From Tetramitus jugosus (lineage: Eukaryota > Protista > Heterolobosea): DNA of 64,000 nt. The notes under the pieces were generated by a model that saw only the letters and a program-made list of their open reading frames with translations, had not been told where the DNA came from and made no database searches. The stretch covers positions 1 through 64,000 of the forward strand of contig OW569350.1 of NCBI GenBank assembly GCA_937625935.1, given 5' to 3'. This document shows positions 50,654 through 62,779 of this stretch, piece by piece. Made by a program: the position numbers and the translations under genes. Numbering within the stretch: position 1 is the first letter of the stretch; the number at the start of each line of letters is the position of its first letter.

Positions 50654-52715
50654 ATGACAACAAGTGTATTGAACACGCTCACTTCGAGCATCGATCTGAT
50701 GAGTGAAGATGTCATATCTTTGTCGTTCAACATGGTCGATGTGCTATTGAATAGTACCATCGATGATGCAGGTATCTTTTCAAGTGATCAACAAGCTCAA
50801 TTGATGGTTCTCATGATCTCTAACTTGTATGTTGCTTCACAGCAAAGTAACACCACCGAAGTAGCTCTACCTTACATTTATAGACTGTTGAACAAGGTCT
50901 CTCATGGAAAGTTTGTCTCTGATTATGAAACGCTCATTTCTACAAAGGCTTTTGGAATGATAGTGAAGAAGGATTATGGTAGCTTCTTGGATAACAGACC
51001 TTTGCCAACAATGAATCCATGGTTGCTCTGCCATCACTGTCAGATACATTAGACTACTCTGGAGTGTACTCTACACACTTTATAGCGTTCTCTCAGGCTT
51101 CGAATCCCTACAGAAGAAACTCTGAAACAACACCAAACATGGCTTCTTCTGTTGTTACATTCAGAATCGTATCGGGTGATAAGGTCACTCTGACAAATTT
51201 GGGAGAAAACATTTCAATTCGAAATGATAGTAACTTCCATTACGAGTGCATGTACATTGAGGAAGATATTATTGACAATAGTGACTGGAATAATGCTGGC
51301 TGTTGGTTGCACAATGTGACAGATACAGAGGTGATATGCCAATGCTCTCCTACGACTAGTTTTTCCAGCTTTATAATCTATGATCCTAAGAATACAAACA
51401 AGTCTGCACCTGGATTCTATGTGGCTCATATTGCTGTGAATTGTGTCATCCTTATCTGTTCCTTCTCCTTGCTCATCATGCTTATCATTTATCGAAATGA
51501 CCAGCCAATCAAGTCAAGATACATCGCACCATTCGTCGGTCTAACTGCCATTATTCTCGAAACTATTCTCAACGGAATTGCAAGAAATTCGTTGTTGCTT
51601 GCAACTACCAACTACAAAGCGATTAATAGTTTGGCCTATGTCATCATGAGCATTGTGAACCCAATCGTATTGGCTTCCTTGTTCATGTTCTTATGGCAGC
51701 AGTGGAAGATGATTATGTACAGAATGATAACCTCAAATGTAGTTTTCATCAGTGCTTTGTTCGGCATTCTTCTGTTTTCTGGAAGCTACTTTGTTGCAAT
51801 TTCAATTGCTCAAGGAGCTAGTGGAATGAAGAGTAATGTAGCCACCTCGTTCAATTCAATCTCATATGCTACCATGTCTCTGACTATTGCAGTGCTCATT
51901 TTCTTCAGCTTTGTCATTGACTTTTTGCTGTCACTCGTGAAAAAATTGATGTAAACCAAGAGGAAAAGGTTCAAGGAACTATTCAACAATCATTAGGGTA
52001 TTTCACATTGGACGATCCATTAGGCTTCCGATTGGAGAGCTTACTGATGATATTGGCCATGGTACTGATGATTGCTTCATACTCTGTCGGATTGAGAGAT
52101 AGACATGACAAGGATACGACTCCAAAATCAGGTTCCAAGATTGCAGAGTTCATTCTAGATGTCTTGTACATAATCACAAGAGTGTTTGTGTTTGGAGGAT
52201 TCGCCATTGGTCTTCGTCATTTCCAACACAAATTGGCTGAATACCTTGCAGCTCAACGAAAACAAGCTAATCCAAACTAGCTCTATCGAAGAATCTCTGT
52301 TAGAACTGTTGCATGATCAAGTGAGCCTGCGATTGTTCTCTCAATATGCACGCAAAGAGTTTAGTTATGAGAATGTTCTATTATTCCCATTATTGGAATC
52401 TTTCCTAAGAAACAATGAGGATATGAGTGAAGGACAACGAAGAGAACAACTGGAGACAATCTACAACGACTACATTAAATCTGGATGTCCAAACGAGGTT
52501 AACGTTGATGGAAGAACCAGGAACAAAGTAAAGCCCTCCAGGGTGTCATAACAGCCGACATTGGCTCCGATGTCGTAACTTCTTTGCGCAAGGAGATTAT
52601 GCTTTGCATGGGTGACACTTACAGTCGATTTATTGTCACACCACAAGCCGCACGACTCAAACAACTGAGGGATATGGCATCTGGTGTTGAGAAGGATGGT
52701 GGTTTTGAACTCTAA
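50654..52715 (+). pseudogene. Frameshifted GAIN/GPS-7TM-RGS gene
   Basis: Five colinear frames: GAIN fragment; GPS (W...GC..C.CSPTTSF) plus TMs; DDPLGFRLE TMs; RGS (F..YA.KEFS.EN, IY..YI....EVNV); and GDTYSRF ending at TAA 52715. Shifts near 51015, 51950, 52270 and 52545. Confidence 0.8.
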
Positions 52716-52912
52716 GTTCTCGAACTCTTTGCGAAGAATAAATGACTATCAACATGTACGACCCAACAATCACCTCCGTACACTTGACGCATGATCAACA
52801 CTTCTAAAATCATGCGTCGGGCAACAACTTTCTGAGCCGAAACCAAACGTCGCTTGCCACAGAGAAACAATCGCGAGAAAAAAAACAACCGAGCTCTGAT
52901 CGATCTCTCATT

Positions 52913-55405
52913 ATGGTGTGGAACATTGTGAACATTGCAAACAGTAAGACTCTGTTTCCATTGGAGGGATTCCGTGTCGTTGGCTACGCTCCACCACTAC
53001 CTCCATCCAAAACAACCACCAATCATGATCACAACAACAACAACAACAACACACCGATCAATCAACAGTCATCATTATCATCAATGCTCATCATGTTTGG
53101 AGGTGTCGGAGTAGGTCCAATCAGTACCAACAGAGTCTCCAACAACCTCTACACTTGTAAATTCTTCACTCAACAACCATCACCATCTACTTCTTCTTCT
53201 TCTTCTTCTTCCAACAACAATAACAATAATACTAATAATAATAATAGTTTATGTTGTTGGACAGAACAATCAACCATTAATTCAAACTTGTTTCAATCAA
53301 AGAGTCGAATGGATCATGCCATGTGCATTGTTGGTCATCACTTGTATGTCCTGGGTGGTAGGAGTAGCACAACTGTTGGACTCACTAGAAAAACTCCATT
53401 GTCTGATGATGGTCACATCATGTACATGCTCAATCTAAAGTCATTTGTTTGGAGTAATGATCATACGAGTAGTAGTAGAAGTAGTAGTAGGAGTAATAGT
53501 AGTGGAAATAAGAGTAGTAGTAGCAGTAGTAGTAGTGGAAGTCATAGTGATACGGCAGCATCGAAAATGGGTGATAATGTGCGTGTTCCTGTGGCTCGTT
53601 TCGGTCATACGTTGAGTCATAGCTATGCCAGTACATTTCCAAAAATCATATTCATGTTTGGAGGTGTTGTGGCCACTCAAACATCATCTAATATACAGAA
53701 TAGTAATAGTAATAGTAGTAGTGGTGGTGGTGGAGCAAGTGTGAGAGAAGTAAATGAATTGTGGATGTTTGATACTGTAGATGAACAGTGGTACAATTAT
53801 GATCGATTCTGTGCCATTCATAAGCGGAGTAGTAGTAGTAGTAGTGGCGGTGGTGGTGGTGGTCATCGGAGTCATGTGAGTGGTCCACGTGCGAGACATG
53901 GTCATTTGGCTCACATTGTAAACAATCATTTGTATATTATTGGTGGAACGACATTGAATGGTCAACCGATTGGTGATATTTGGAAATTGAATTTGACGAG
54001 TATGGAATGGTGCTTGGTCAAGTTGGATCCATCGTTGGAATCGTTTGTGCCCGTACGAGGCGCTTCCAGTGTACTCATTGGATCCAAAATTGTAATATAT
54101 GGTGGTAGATTGGTCAATGGAAACAATTTGTCGTGCTTGCTTGTGTTTGACACATTGAGCGCACAGTTTGGAATGATTGAATCCAGTACGATTGCTCAAA
54201 TACCAAACGGTCTCGTTCATCACTCGCTCGTATTGAACGGAATGGATATTTGGTTGATTGGTGGTCGACAGAGACTATCGTCTCTGATGCCTGCCTACAA
54301 CAGCAATACCTATTGCTTCTCTCTGATGATATCCGATCCACCGAAACCAAAGATCGTACCGCACAAGGTTCTCAATCCACAGACAGGTGCTACATTTGTC
54401 GAGAATGAAGTCATTTCTCAGTTAACAGAATCTGATATCGCACTGCGCGAACAAAAGATTGATCTGATTTGTCAATTGATGCGCAGTAGTGACTCTAGCG
54501 AGTATTCGAGGCTACAGGCACTCATGTACATGCGAGATATTAGTCATCCCGATACCTTAAACATTTTCTACTCCAATATCAATGCACAACAAGCGTTGAT
54601 TCAAGTACTGAGTAACGGAGATGAGGAACAAGTGATTGTCGTTGCTGATATCTTGCGCAAGTATGTGAGACAGACAGATCAAGGATTTATCCCAACGATT
54701 GTCACAACACAAATGATACGGTTCCTCGAGAGTTATTTGACACATGTGGACAGTGCTGCCAAGTTGCAGCAGAGCAATATGGCAATGATGGACAAGGTTC
54801 TTAATTTTCAAGTATATGATCAGTATATGCTTCGGTTCGAGGATTTGATGCAAAATTTTGGTATGATACTCAAGATCTCTGTTGTGTAATCACTTTTAAT
54901 AGGTGCCTGACTGACACGTCGATTTTCTTTGTCACAAACAATCATCAGATTATTATCAATCGATATCGAAAGATATTCTCAATGTATTTATTCATGTATT
55001 CCAATTGAGTCAGATTGAACATCCAATGATCTCTCATATCGTTCACATCGCATCCCGAGCCTTGCTATTCCTAGCCAAGAATGCTCATAACTTTGGTATG
55101 TCGAAGCAACCATCTCAATCATATACACCATGAATTCAATTCTCACTTTATTTACTTGTTTTACAGCAACAAAATGCAAGAAAACATTCTGCAAGGCAGT
55201 ATACAAGTACTTATCAGCACAGTTCGAAATGATGAATACGCGCCAGATGCAAAACAACACCGAGACAAACGATCCAGTTTCTAAGCAAACAGTGGACAAT
55301 GTTCTGCAAGCCATCTATTTATTGTCACAACGGAGTAAGACAGTAGCCAAACAACTCGACTATTTCATCGATGTGTATGAAAATCAAGTTCGAAACAACA
55401 CCTGA
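52913..55405 (+). CDS. Kelch-repeat protein with helical (ARM-like) C-terminus, 3 exons
   Basis: Exons 52913-54860, 54949-55095, 55167-55405; introns GTATGA..CAG and GTATGT..CAG keep frame. Kelch motifs MFGG, LYVLGG, ARFGH, ARHGH, LYIIGG. Confidence 0.82.
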
Positions 55406-55446
55406 ATGAATAACATCAAACTTTAGTGCGAAAGACATAATGCGTT

Positions 55447-56748
55447 TTATTTTTTGTTTTGGTTGGCAGAATCTTGACCAAAGATTGGCAAAAAGTTCAA
55501 ATGGTGGTTCTTGTCCATGGTGTACTTGTCGAACCGATGTTGCTTAAACTTGAAATTAGTCTTCTTAAACTGCTGTTCTGGATTGTCCTTTTGTCTCTCT
55601 GCCATCTTTACATTACGCTTGTATCCCTTGACGAGACGCAATTCCTTTTCTGCTTCCAATCTCAACATTTTTTGATACAGTTTCTTTCGTTCTTCGTGCT
55701 CTCCTATCGATGCCCAATCAAACTTTGAAACGTACTTGACAGACAATGTTCTAGAGTCACGTCTCGATATTGGTGCTCCATTGACTGACAGAGCCACTCT
55801 CTTTGCCGTATTCTTGTCCTCGTACTCGACATAGAAACCAACCAAGTGCTTCTTTCGATTCCGGAATTCATACTCTGGCGCAACACGCGTAATCGAACCA
55901 AATTCAATAAAGAAACGACGAATGGCCTCTGGTGAACTGAATCGATTGATCAAATCCATACCAAACGGTTTTTGAACAAAAATGACACCTCTCGACGCTT
56001 GTTCAATCCTCAATTGTTCATAGTCGAACGGACGAACGAATTTTGGCTCCTTGATCTCCATTTTTGATAAATCAATCTTGTTTCTGTTGATCAACAGCGA
56101 TGACGATGCATCATCACCATTTTCAACTGTAGTCGTCGCTGCTGCTACTGCTGCTGCTCCCGGAGTGTTTGACACGATACGATCAAACCATGCTTCTTCT
56201 TCTTGATCATCATCGTCACCATTGTTGTTTTCATCATCATCATCTTCATCATCACCACCACTTGATTTCTTGGTATCGTGTTCAACTCTTGCATCAGCAA
56301 CATCATCAGAAATATCTTCAGTGATTGTAAATGCATAGGATGGCTCATCTTCATCATCACTGTCATCACTATCACTACTGCTGTCACTGTCACTACTACT
56401 ATCACTACTACTGTTACTGTTGTTATCATCTTCACTATTGTTGTTATTAGTACTACCAATAGTTTCATCATCATCATCACTATCACTTTCATTGTCAGAA
56501 TTTTCATCATAGGATTTCAATGCATCCATCATTAGATTTTCATCATCCTCATCATCATCATCAGAATCCAAACCACTCATATTTTCATTCTCAGCATCAG
56601 AATCACTATTGTCATTGAAGAATTGTTGTTCCATTTCATCATTGGATTCATCATCATCATCATCACTGTAAGAGAGAACATCCATTTTCTTGTGTTTCAG
56701 AGGAGTGGTTGTTGTCGATGATGCAGCAGCAAGTTTTCGTTTCACCAT
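55447..56748 (-). CDS. ABT1: Pre-rRNA processing protein ESF2/ABT1-like
   Basis: Acidic N-terminus; RRM GVIF..FGSITRV..G.YVEY.DK..AKRVA...NG..I; VKYVSKFDW. Confidence 0.82.
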   Translation of the reverse strand: MVKRKLAAASSTTTTPLKHKKMDVLSYSDDDDDESNDEMEQQFFNDNSDSDAENENMSGLDSDDDDEDDENLMMDALKSYDENSDNESDSDDDDETIGSTNNNNSEDDNNSNSSSDSSSDSDSSSDSDDSDDEDEPSYAFTITEDISDDVADARVEHDTKKSSGGDDEDDDDENNNGDDDDQEEEAWFDRIVSNTPGAAAVAAATTTVENGDDASSSLLINRNKIDLSKMEIKEPKFVRPFDYEQLRIEQASRGVIFVQKPFGMDLINRFSSPEAIRRFFIEFGSITRVAPEYEFRNRKKHLVGFYVEYEDKNTAKRVALSVNGAPISRRDSRTLSVKYVSKFDWASIGEHEERKKLYQKMLRLEAEKELRLVKGYKRNVKMAERQKDNPEQQFKKTNFKFKQHRFDKYTMDKNHHLNFLPIFGQDSANQNKK

Positions 56749-57408
56749 TTTTGTTTTATTTGTTGGGTTTTTCACTCGTCTGCAAGTTTTCATTTCACCG
56801 CTCAGCGCTTCAATGAACTTGGTGATGTTCAAATTTTTATCACGGCATTCTCTGAGGCTTGCTTACTTTTGAGGATCCTCCAGGAGATGCCCGTGAGAAA
56901 GCTTGCACCATATCCGTAAACTAATGTCCCTTCAAAACTCAATGGTGACAGTCTGAGCTCCTGGCAGCTTATCAATGCCTTTAACATTCCCATCCTGCCA
57001 CCGTTCAATAGGTTAGGAGGATCAAAGGACTTCAGAGGTAATTTCATTGAAGAATTTTCGAAGCTTGTGCCAACCTGTTTTCTTTGGATTTGTCGATGGA
57101 CTGCTGTACGGACCTGTCAACAAACTTGATGTTTGTAATAGCCCTAATCACACGTCAGGAGGTCTCTTCCAAGAACAGAATCAGGGCACTGAAGAAGCTG
57201 AAGCGACGAATGATCAATAAGAGCATATTGTTCAACAGCAGGTGGATGTGCACCAACAAGAGCATTTCAGAAGACTCAACTAATATTGTTCGCATTAAAA
57301 TGTCGCACAGGTTTTTATCACACTCTTGCGTCATGACGTGATTGTAATGCACATCATCACTGTCACTATCACTACTATCACCGTTGCGATTGATCACAAA
57401 GGAAATCT

Positions 57409-58983
57409 TTATTTGCCACCTGCATGCAATGTAAAGGAGTAATACTTTTCAGGATCGGTGAACACCCAGTGATCAAATGGTTCACAACCAAAGAAGAGCT
57501 TCCGCCGCTCTACATAATCACTAAGTTGACTTTTGGCTGTTAAATAGCTGACAGTTGCATTGTCATCATGTGTCGAGCTGGTGCCGACTGCCTTCCGCAG
57601 CTCGCAATAACTCTCTAGGAACTTGTAGGGCGAAATGATACTAAAGCACTTGGGCTTCGACAAATCCTTCTTACCTACTCCGAGCTTATTGCCTCTGTGA
57701 CCAATGATCGCCTCCGCAGTGTTTGGTGCGACATATAGCATCGAGGTGGAACATGCATTCACTCTCTCGTCGCTCTTTCCATCCTGAAAATTCAACTCGC
57801 AACACATAAAGTACGGCTTTGTGATATCCTTCAGATGTTCGTGCATGACTGTATAAACATGTGACATACGTCCGTCAAACGCTCTCTGCATAGACTCGGG
57901 TTCAAAATAAACTGAATTGCCAATGGTTATCGTAGACATGCGTATTGGTTCAGGAATGAATTGTGAAATCAACGATCCCTGTATACCAAGTACATTCCAC
58001 TTACTTAACTTGTCTGAGCATGACATGCTGATTGTACGAGGTCCACGCCCAGGTTTCGTTCGAACAATGCCCTGCTTCTGCTCTGTACTTCCGAATTCCG
58101 TCTCTGTTTCTGCACCGGGTACATAGGCTTTCGAAGTGATTGGTCGTGCGCCTGTCCTTCCACAATTTTCATCCTTTTGATTTGTTTTCAATTTCTTCGA
58201 AGGATTCTCTGTCACATCAGTTTCATGGTTTGTTGTTTCTTTGTCTCTTGTTCGTTTCATTTGTTTTTCATTGCCAGTCTTTTCATTATTGACACAAGAG
58301 GAGTTTCTGTCCACTCCATCATCAGGACTTTTTGCTTCGATCTGTTGTTCCTGTTGTTCATCTGACGTGGAGACAGCAGGCGCATGAATAGAAGCATCAC
58401 CACACGGTGATTGATTCACAAAAAAGTGGAAGCTCACATGACTTTTTAACCGAAAGTAACCACTCTTGTTATTCTCATCATCACCTACACAATACTCCAA
58501 AATACACGCACGATCATCACTGATCATCGTACTACTCTTCTTATCCTTATTATTACAATATCTCCTATTCTCATTATTCTCATCACCATTATCATTCTGT
58601 TTGTTATGATTCGCACTCTCCAGAGCTCTATTCATTTGATAATACAGATATCGCATAAAAGACCGTCGAGTCATGACTTCTGCATGCGCATCATGCACCA
58701 ACGATCCATCACACTTCATCATATCATATCCAATGCACTTTGTACCCGTTCCTAATGCCACTACACTGAGACGATACTGTTCATCAAATTGTTCACACTG
58801 ACAAATCGATGCCAATAGAGTCCACTCTTGTTTCTGAGCACTTGGCTTACCATTCTTTGGCAATTTGGCATATTGATTCAACGTTAGCTCTACAATGTGT
58901 TTGGACAGCTCTGAATTATGATGATTCAGTGTAGAGAGATGTTGGTGCCATTGACCAGCAAATGTCTTGCTCTGTTGTTGCAT
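57409..58983 (-). CDS. ADAT1: tRNA-specific adenosine deaminase 1
   Basis: ALGTGTKC, HDAHAEV, PCGDASI, RTGA, RTKPGRG, SMSCSDK..WNVLGIQG; no dsRBD, so ADAT1/Tad1 rather than ADAR. Confidence 0.92.
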   Translation of the reverse strand: MQQQSKTFAGQWHQHLSTLNHHNSELSKHIVELTLNQYAKLPKNGKPSAQKQEWTLLASICQCEQFDEQYRLSVVALGTGTKCIGYDMMKCDGSLVHDAHAEVMTRRSFMRYLYYQMNRALESANHNKQNDNGDENNENRRYCNNKDKKSSTMISDDRACILEYCVGDDENNKSGYFRLKSHVSFHFFVNQSPCGDASIHAPAVSTSDEQQEQQIEAKSPDDGVDRNSSCVNNEKTGNEKQMKRTRDKETTNHETDVTENPSKKLKTNQKDENCGRTGARPITSKAYVPGAETETEFGSTEQKQGIVRTKPGRGPRTISMSCSDKLSKWNVLGIQGSLISQFIPEPIRMSTITIGNSVYFEPESMQRAFDGRMSHVYTVMHEHLKDITKPYFMCCELNFQDGKSDERVNACSTSMLYVAPNTAEAIIGHRGNKLGVGKKDLSKPKCFSIISPYKFLESYCELRKAVGTSSTHDDNATVSYLTAKSQLSDYVERRKLFFGCEPFDHWVFTDPEKYYSFTLHAGGK

Positions 58984-59244
58984 CTTGTGTGTAGTTTTCT
59001 TTTCTCTATTGTCGGCCAATTGCACAAAGAAGATTTTTTTTATTTGGCGATTGCAGACTGATGGAAACGAATCCAGTTCCTTGAGAAGCTGATTTCGCTT
59101 CTGAAAGCACAAAGAACTTTTTTCGAGGGATTGTTGAAAGGTTTGATTCAAACAATCGCAAAAAAACAAACAACAACAACAGTCACCATCCCACTCATCC
59201 ACCTCATTCAATCTCCCCAATTAACACAACAACGAGATTGAATA

Positions 59245-62200
59245 ATGAACGATTGGGTAGCTTCCTACTTGGTCAAGGAAAATTTCCTGTTGACTGCACT
59301 CGAATTCTATCAAGAACTCAAAGAAAGTGGCAAGGATCAACGCCTCCTGTCCAAACTCTTCAAACACAGAGAGTACAGCGATGATGAAACATTTACACGA
59401 AAGCAGAGAGACACCGAAGTTGGTCTACCACCCAATTTGATTGCCAGTGATGATAATAGTAAGCTACTGCAGAGTCAACTTCAAAAAAAAGATGAAAAGA
59501 TTAATGTGCTACAGTATGAGATTCGTATCATGAAGGCCGATGTTGATAAACTGAAGCAACAATTGTCTGAATCGTATCAAAAATCGCAACGCATTCAAAA
59601 ACAACGAATGGCAGAGCAGTTACAGTCTGGAGGTGGAGGAGGTGGTGGAGTAGGAGGCAGTGCCAACACAACGATATCTTCTAGTGCGAGCAGCACTGGA
59701 TTGGCAGAGCTCTTGTCCAGTAATGAATTTCATCGAGGTCGGAGTTTATCTGTGGATGTGTCGTCTGGATTGAGTATTTCTCCATCGATTGACGGTTTAC
59801 AGGCGGATGGTGGTGGTGAGTCACAGCAGGAGGGAGATGCGTCAAATTCTCAACCCATTAATCAACAAGAAAAACAGGTGAGTAACAGTATTATTTTGAT
59901 TATTGGTGGTTGTGTGTCGCATCAGTGTGTCTGTCTTTGAACAGGCTTCTTTTTTGTCATAATGCTTACACGTGTGCACTTTTTATCTAAATGGTTGTTG
60001 CTATGAATATCATTTATAGACTATCAATTTTATGATCAAGAGATTTTTGATGGACAATGATTACAAGATATCGGCCATTAGTTTTTCAGATGAGGTCAGT
60101 GAGACAGACATGATCAATATGGATGAAGTTTGGAACGAGGGCGAATCTAACGATAGGGAGCAAGACTTGAATCTCTTGTTCCTGTATCGATACTATTTCA
60201 AGGGATCAGATCAATCAAAGCAACGAATGAAGGATACAAAGGCCCTTCGAGATGCACTATCCAGCATTGAACAAAAGAATAAGATGATTAAGACATATGA
60301 ACAGAGTTTGTTAGCACAGGAGAAGAATATTGACGCTTTGCAGAATGAGAATAGTGAACTACGTGATCGACTCACTCTGCTCGAGTCAGGCAACCCTGTA
60401 CCAGTCAGTGTACCAGTCAAAAAGGTTGATCTCATGCCGCGATTGCTGCCAAAGGATGGCACTGTCATCAAGCAAACAAAGGAGTCTCCAACCGAATCCA
60501 TCAGAGAAATATCAGTTTTGCAAGCCAAACTGAAGGAGTATGAAGACCAAGATAAGAGTTTGATATTTATGATTGGTCAGAAACTTCCTTCATTGGTCAG
60601 AGCGGTCAAAGCTAATAAGCGTGAAGAGTTTATGCCAATCCTTATTGCTACCTTGACGATGCACACCGATTTTGAAGTGAGAAACAAGCTATCTGCTCTG
60701 CTGTTCAATCTTATCAAGGTTCCTGATTCAACTCAACGAGAAATCATTATGGATGGTTGTATTAATTTGGCGCGACAAATCTCACCCGACAAGTTTGAAA
60801 ACGAATTGTTGCCTCAGTGTTGGGAACAAGTCGAGAATAAGCATCCAGAGCGAAGAATTCTTGTGGCTGATGCCTGCGGACATCTTGCGAGCTACATATC
60901 TCCAGCTCTAAGGTACAGTTTATTGCTGAGTATGATTTCTCAACTCATAAGTGATCGAGTGGAAGACGTACGATCCAGTGTAGCATCAAACTTGGCTCGC
61001 TTAGTGCAAAGTTTCGAGGACATTGCCGAAAGTGCAAGCAAATATCCACAAGTGGAGGAAATGTTGCTCCAACTATTGTACGATCGATCATACAATGTTG
61101 GTAGAATAGCGAAAGATACATTGGCTCCAGTCGTGGTAAAGTGGGCGAACGGATTCAATCTCGTGTTTGATAAGCTATTTGCCACATTATTTAAACATAT
61201 GGAGTCAATTGCAGCAAAGAAGCTCGAAAGAATGGAGAAAGATACGGACAAATTGTCAATGCTGTTAGAAACAATCAAGGGACTTATTCCACTTCTCTCA
61301 AATATCGCATTGGATACGATGCCGTCTGAGTTGGATGTTGAAGTGCCCGGTAGTCAGTCAAACACAAAACGTGATCAATTTGATTACTTTTGGAGCAAGT
61401 ATGATGCAGTAAGAGATAGACCCCTGATTGACAAATGGCCAGTGATCAAATGGATATCCGATACTGGATTGGATCGAATAATCTCTATTGCCGTATCAAC
61501 TGATGTGGATCTCAAGTCAGTCACAGAGTTGTGCAATTCGTTGATATTTGAGTTGTGCTTCAAATTCGGTCGTCGTTTCACGAACAAGATTGTACAACCA
61601 AAGTTCCTCTCCTATCTATCTCAACAAGATGTGTCTGTTCTCAAGCAGAAACAAGTATTCTTGAACAAGGAACAACAAGTCACCACCTATTTGCTAAAGG
61701 AACGCTTGTTGCCAACATATATTGTTGGTGTCATTGCTTCTTGTGATTCTTCTGTAATGGCAGACTTTGTGCGAGAATTGGTAGTGAGTGTAGGACTGAA
61801 CGAGAAGGGTTGGTCGAGCGAACATATACCCATTTTACATAACTCACTCAGTTTGAGTTGCAGAGTTGGAGGTGAACTCATGGACCACGTTCTATCGGTC
61901 CTCTGGAACTTGTGCGTACATCCAGCGAAAACCGTCAGACAAATTGTAGTTAATTTATTTTCAGTTCTGATGGATGCTTTGGATTCGAACACTATTTCCA
62001 CACGATTGATGAAGGCTCTCGTGACCATGTCTACGGATCCCGAGAGAAACGTACGAATAAGCGCTATTCAGGGATTGGGTCGCCTAGCATTGAATATCTC
62101 TGCTCAGGGCGACTTGGATCGATTAGGTCTGCAGTTTGACAACTTTTTCGCCTCTCCAGATTATGAGATTCGGTATGAAGCACTGAAAATCTACTCGCAG

Positions 62201-62584
62201 ATTATTCCAAAGGTTGAGACTTATTTCCGAGATCAATACATACTTAAAAAGTTGGTTAAGGTGGGCTCTGAAAACAATTTGAAGAGTGACCAGAGTGATA
62301 GAAAGAGAACTGCTCTACTGTTGTTTGATTGCTACAGAGCACTCAACGGTTGTGTCCTGACCAGGGATGCCGTTTCTAAGTACATTATCGGTGGTCTGGA
62401 GATGCTCGAAAGAGATTGCCACTTGCTAAACGACTCCACTCACAAGACCGTCAATGACATGATCAGAGATATGAAGCGAGGTCTCGATCCAAACTATGGC
62501 AACGAACCAAAACCAAACAACACTACCACAGACCCTAACAACAGACTGAAACAAATTTTCACACTCGGATTGGGAGGTAAATAA
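59245..62584 (+). CDS. RELCH: LisH + coiled-coil + HEAT protein, RELCH/KIAA1468-like, 2 exons
   Basis: Exons 59245-59877 and 60020-62584 (GTGAGT..TAG, phase 0). FLLTALE, YKISAISF.DE, KREE, LFNLIK.P...QR, ELLPQCWEQ..HPERRILVA. Confidence 0.9.
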
Positions 62585-62779
62585 TCAGTAGATGCTAGTC
62601 GCGTCAACCGTGTAAAAGTTACAAAAATTTATCTGTTCTTTATCTCGCAAAAATAGAACCCTAAAGTCTGGATACAATAAATACTATCCGGGTACCCAGT
62701 GCGACAAGATCTTTAAAGCTTTCCTTCACTCACATACCCTAAAACCAAAGCACTCTGGCTGTCCAATTGAATTGAAAAC

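Noticed and set aside
50654-52715. Programmed frameshifting or stop-codon reassignment as the explanation of the broken 7TM-RGS
   Set aside because: No shared slippery motif at the shifts, additional lesions are present, and all three stop codons terminate normal genes in the window.
17754-62584. Apparent cluster of membrane-trafficking regulators (TM9SF, DENND11, Ykt6, TBC, VPS9, RELCH)
   Set aside because: Interspersed with unrelated genes; such families are abundant in phagotrophs, so chance is sufficient without a synteny test.
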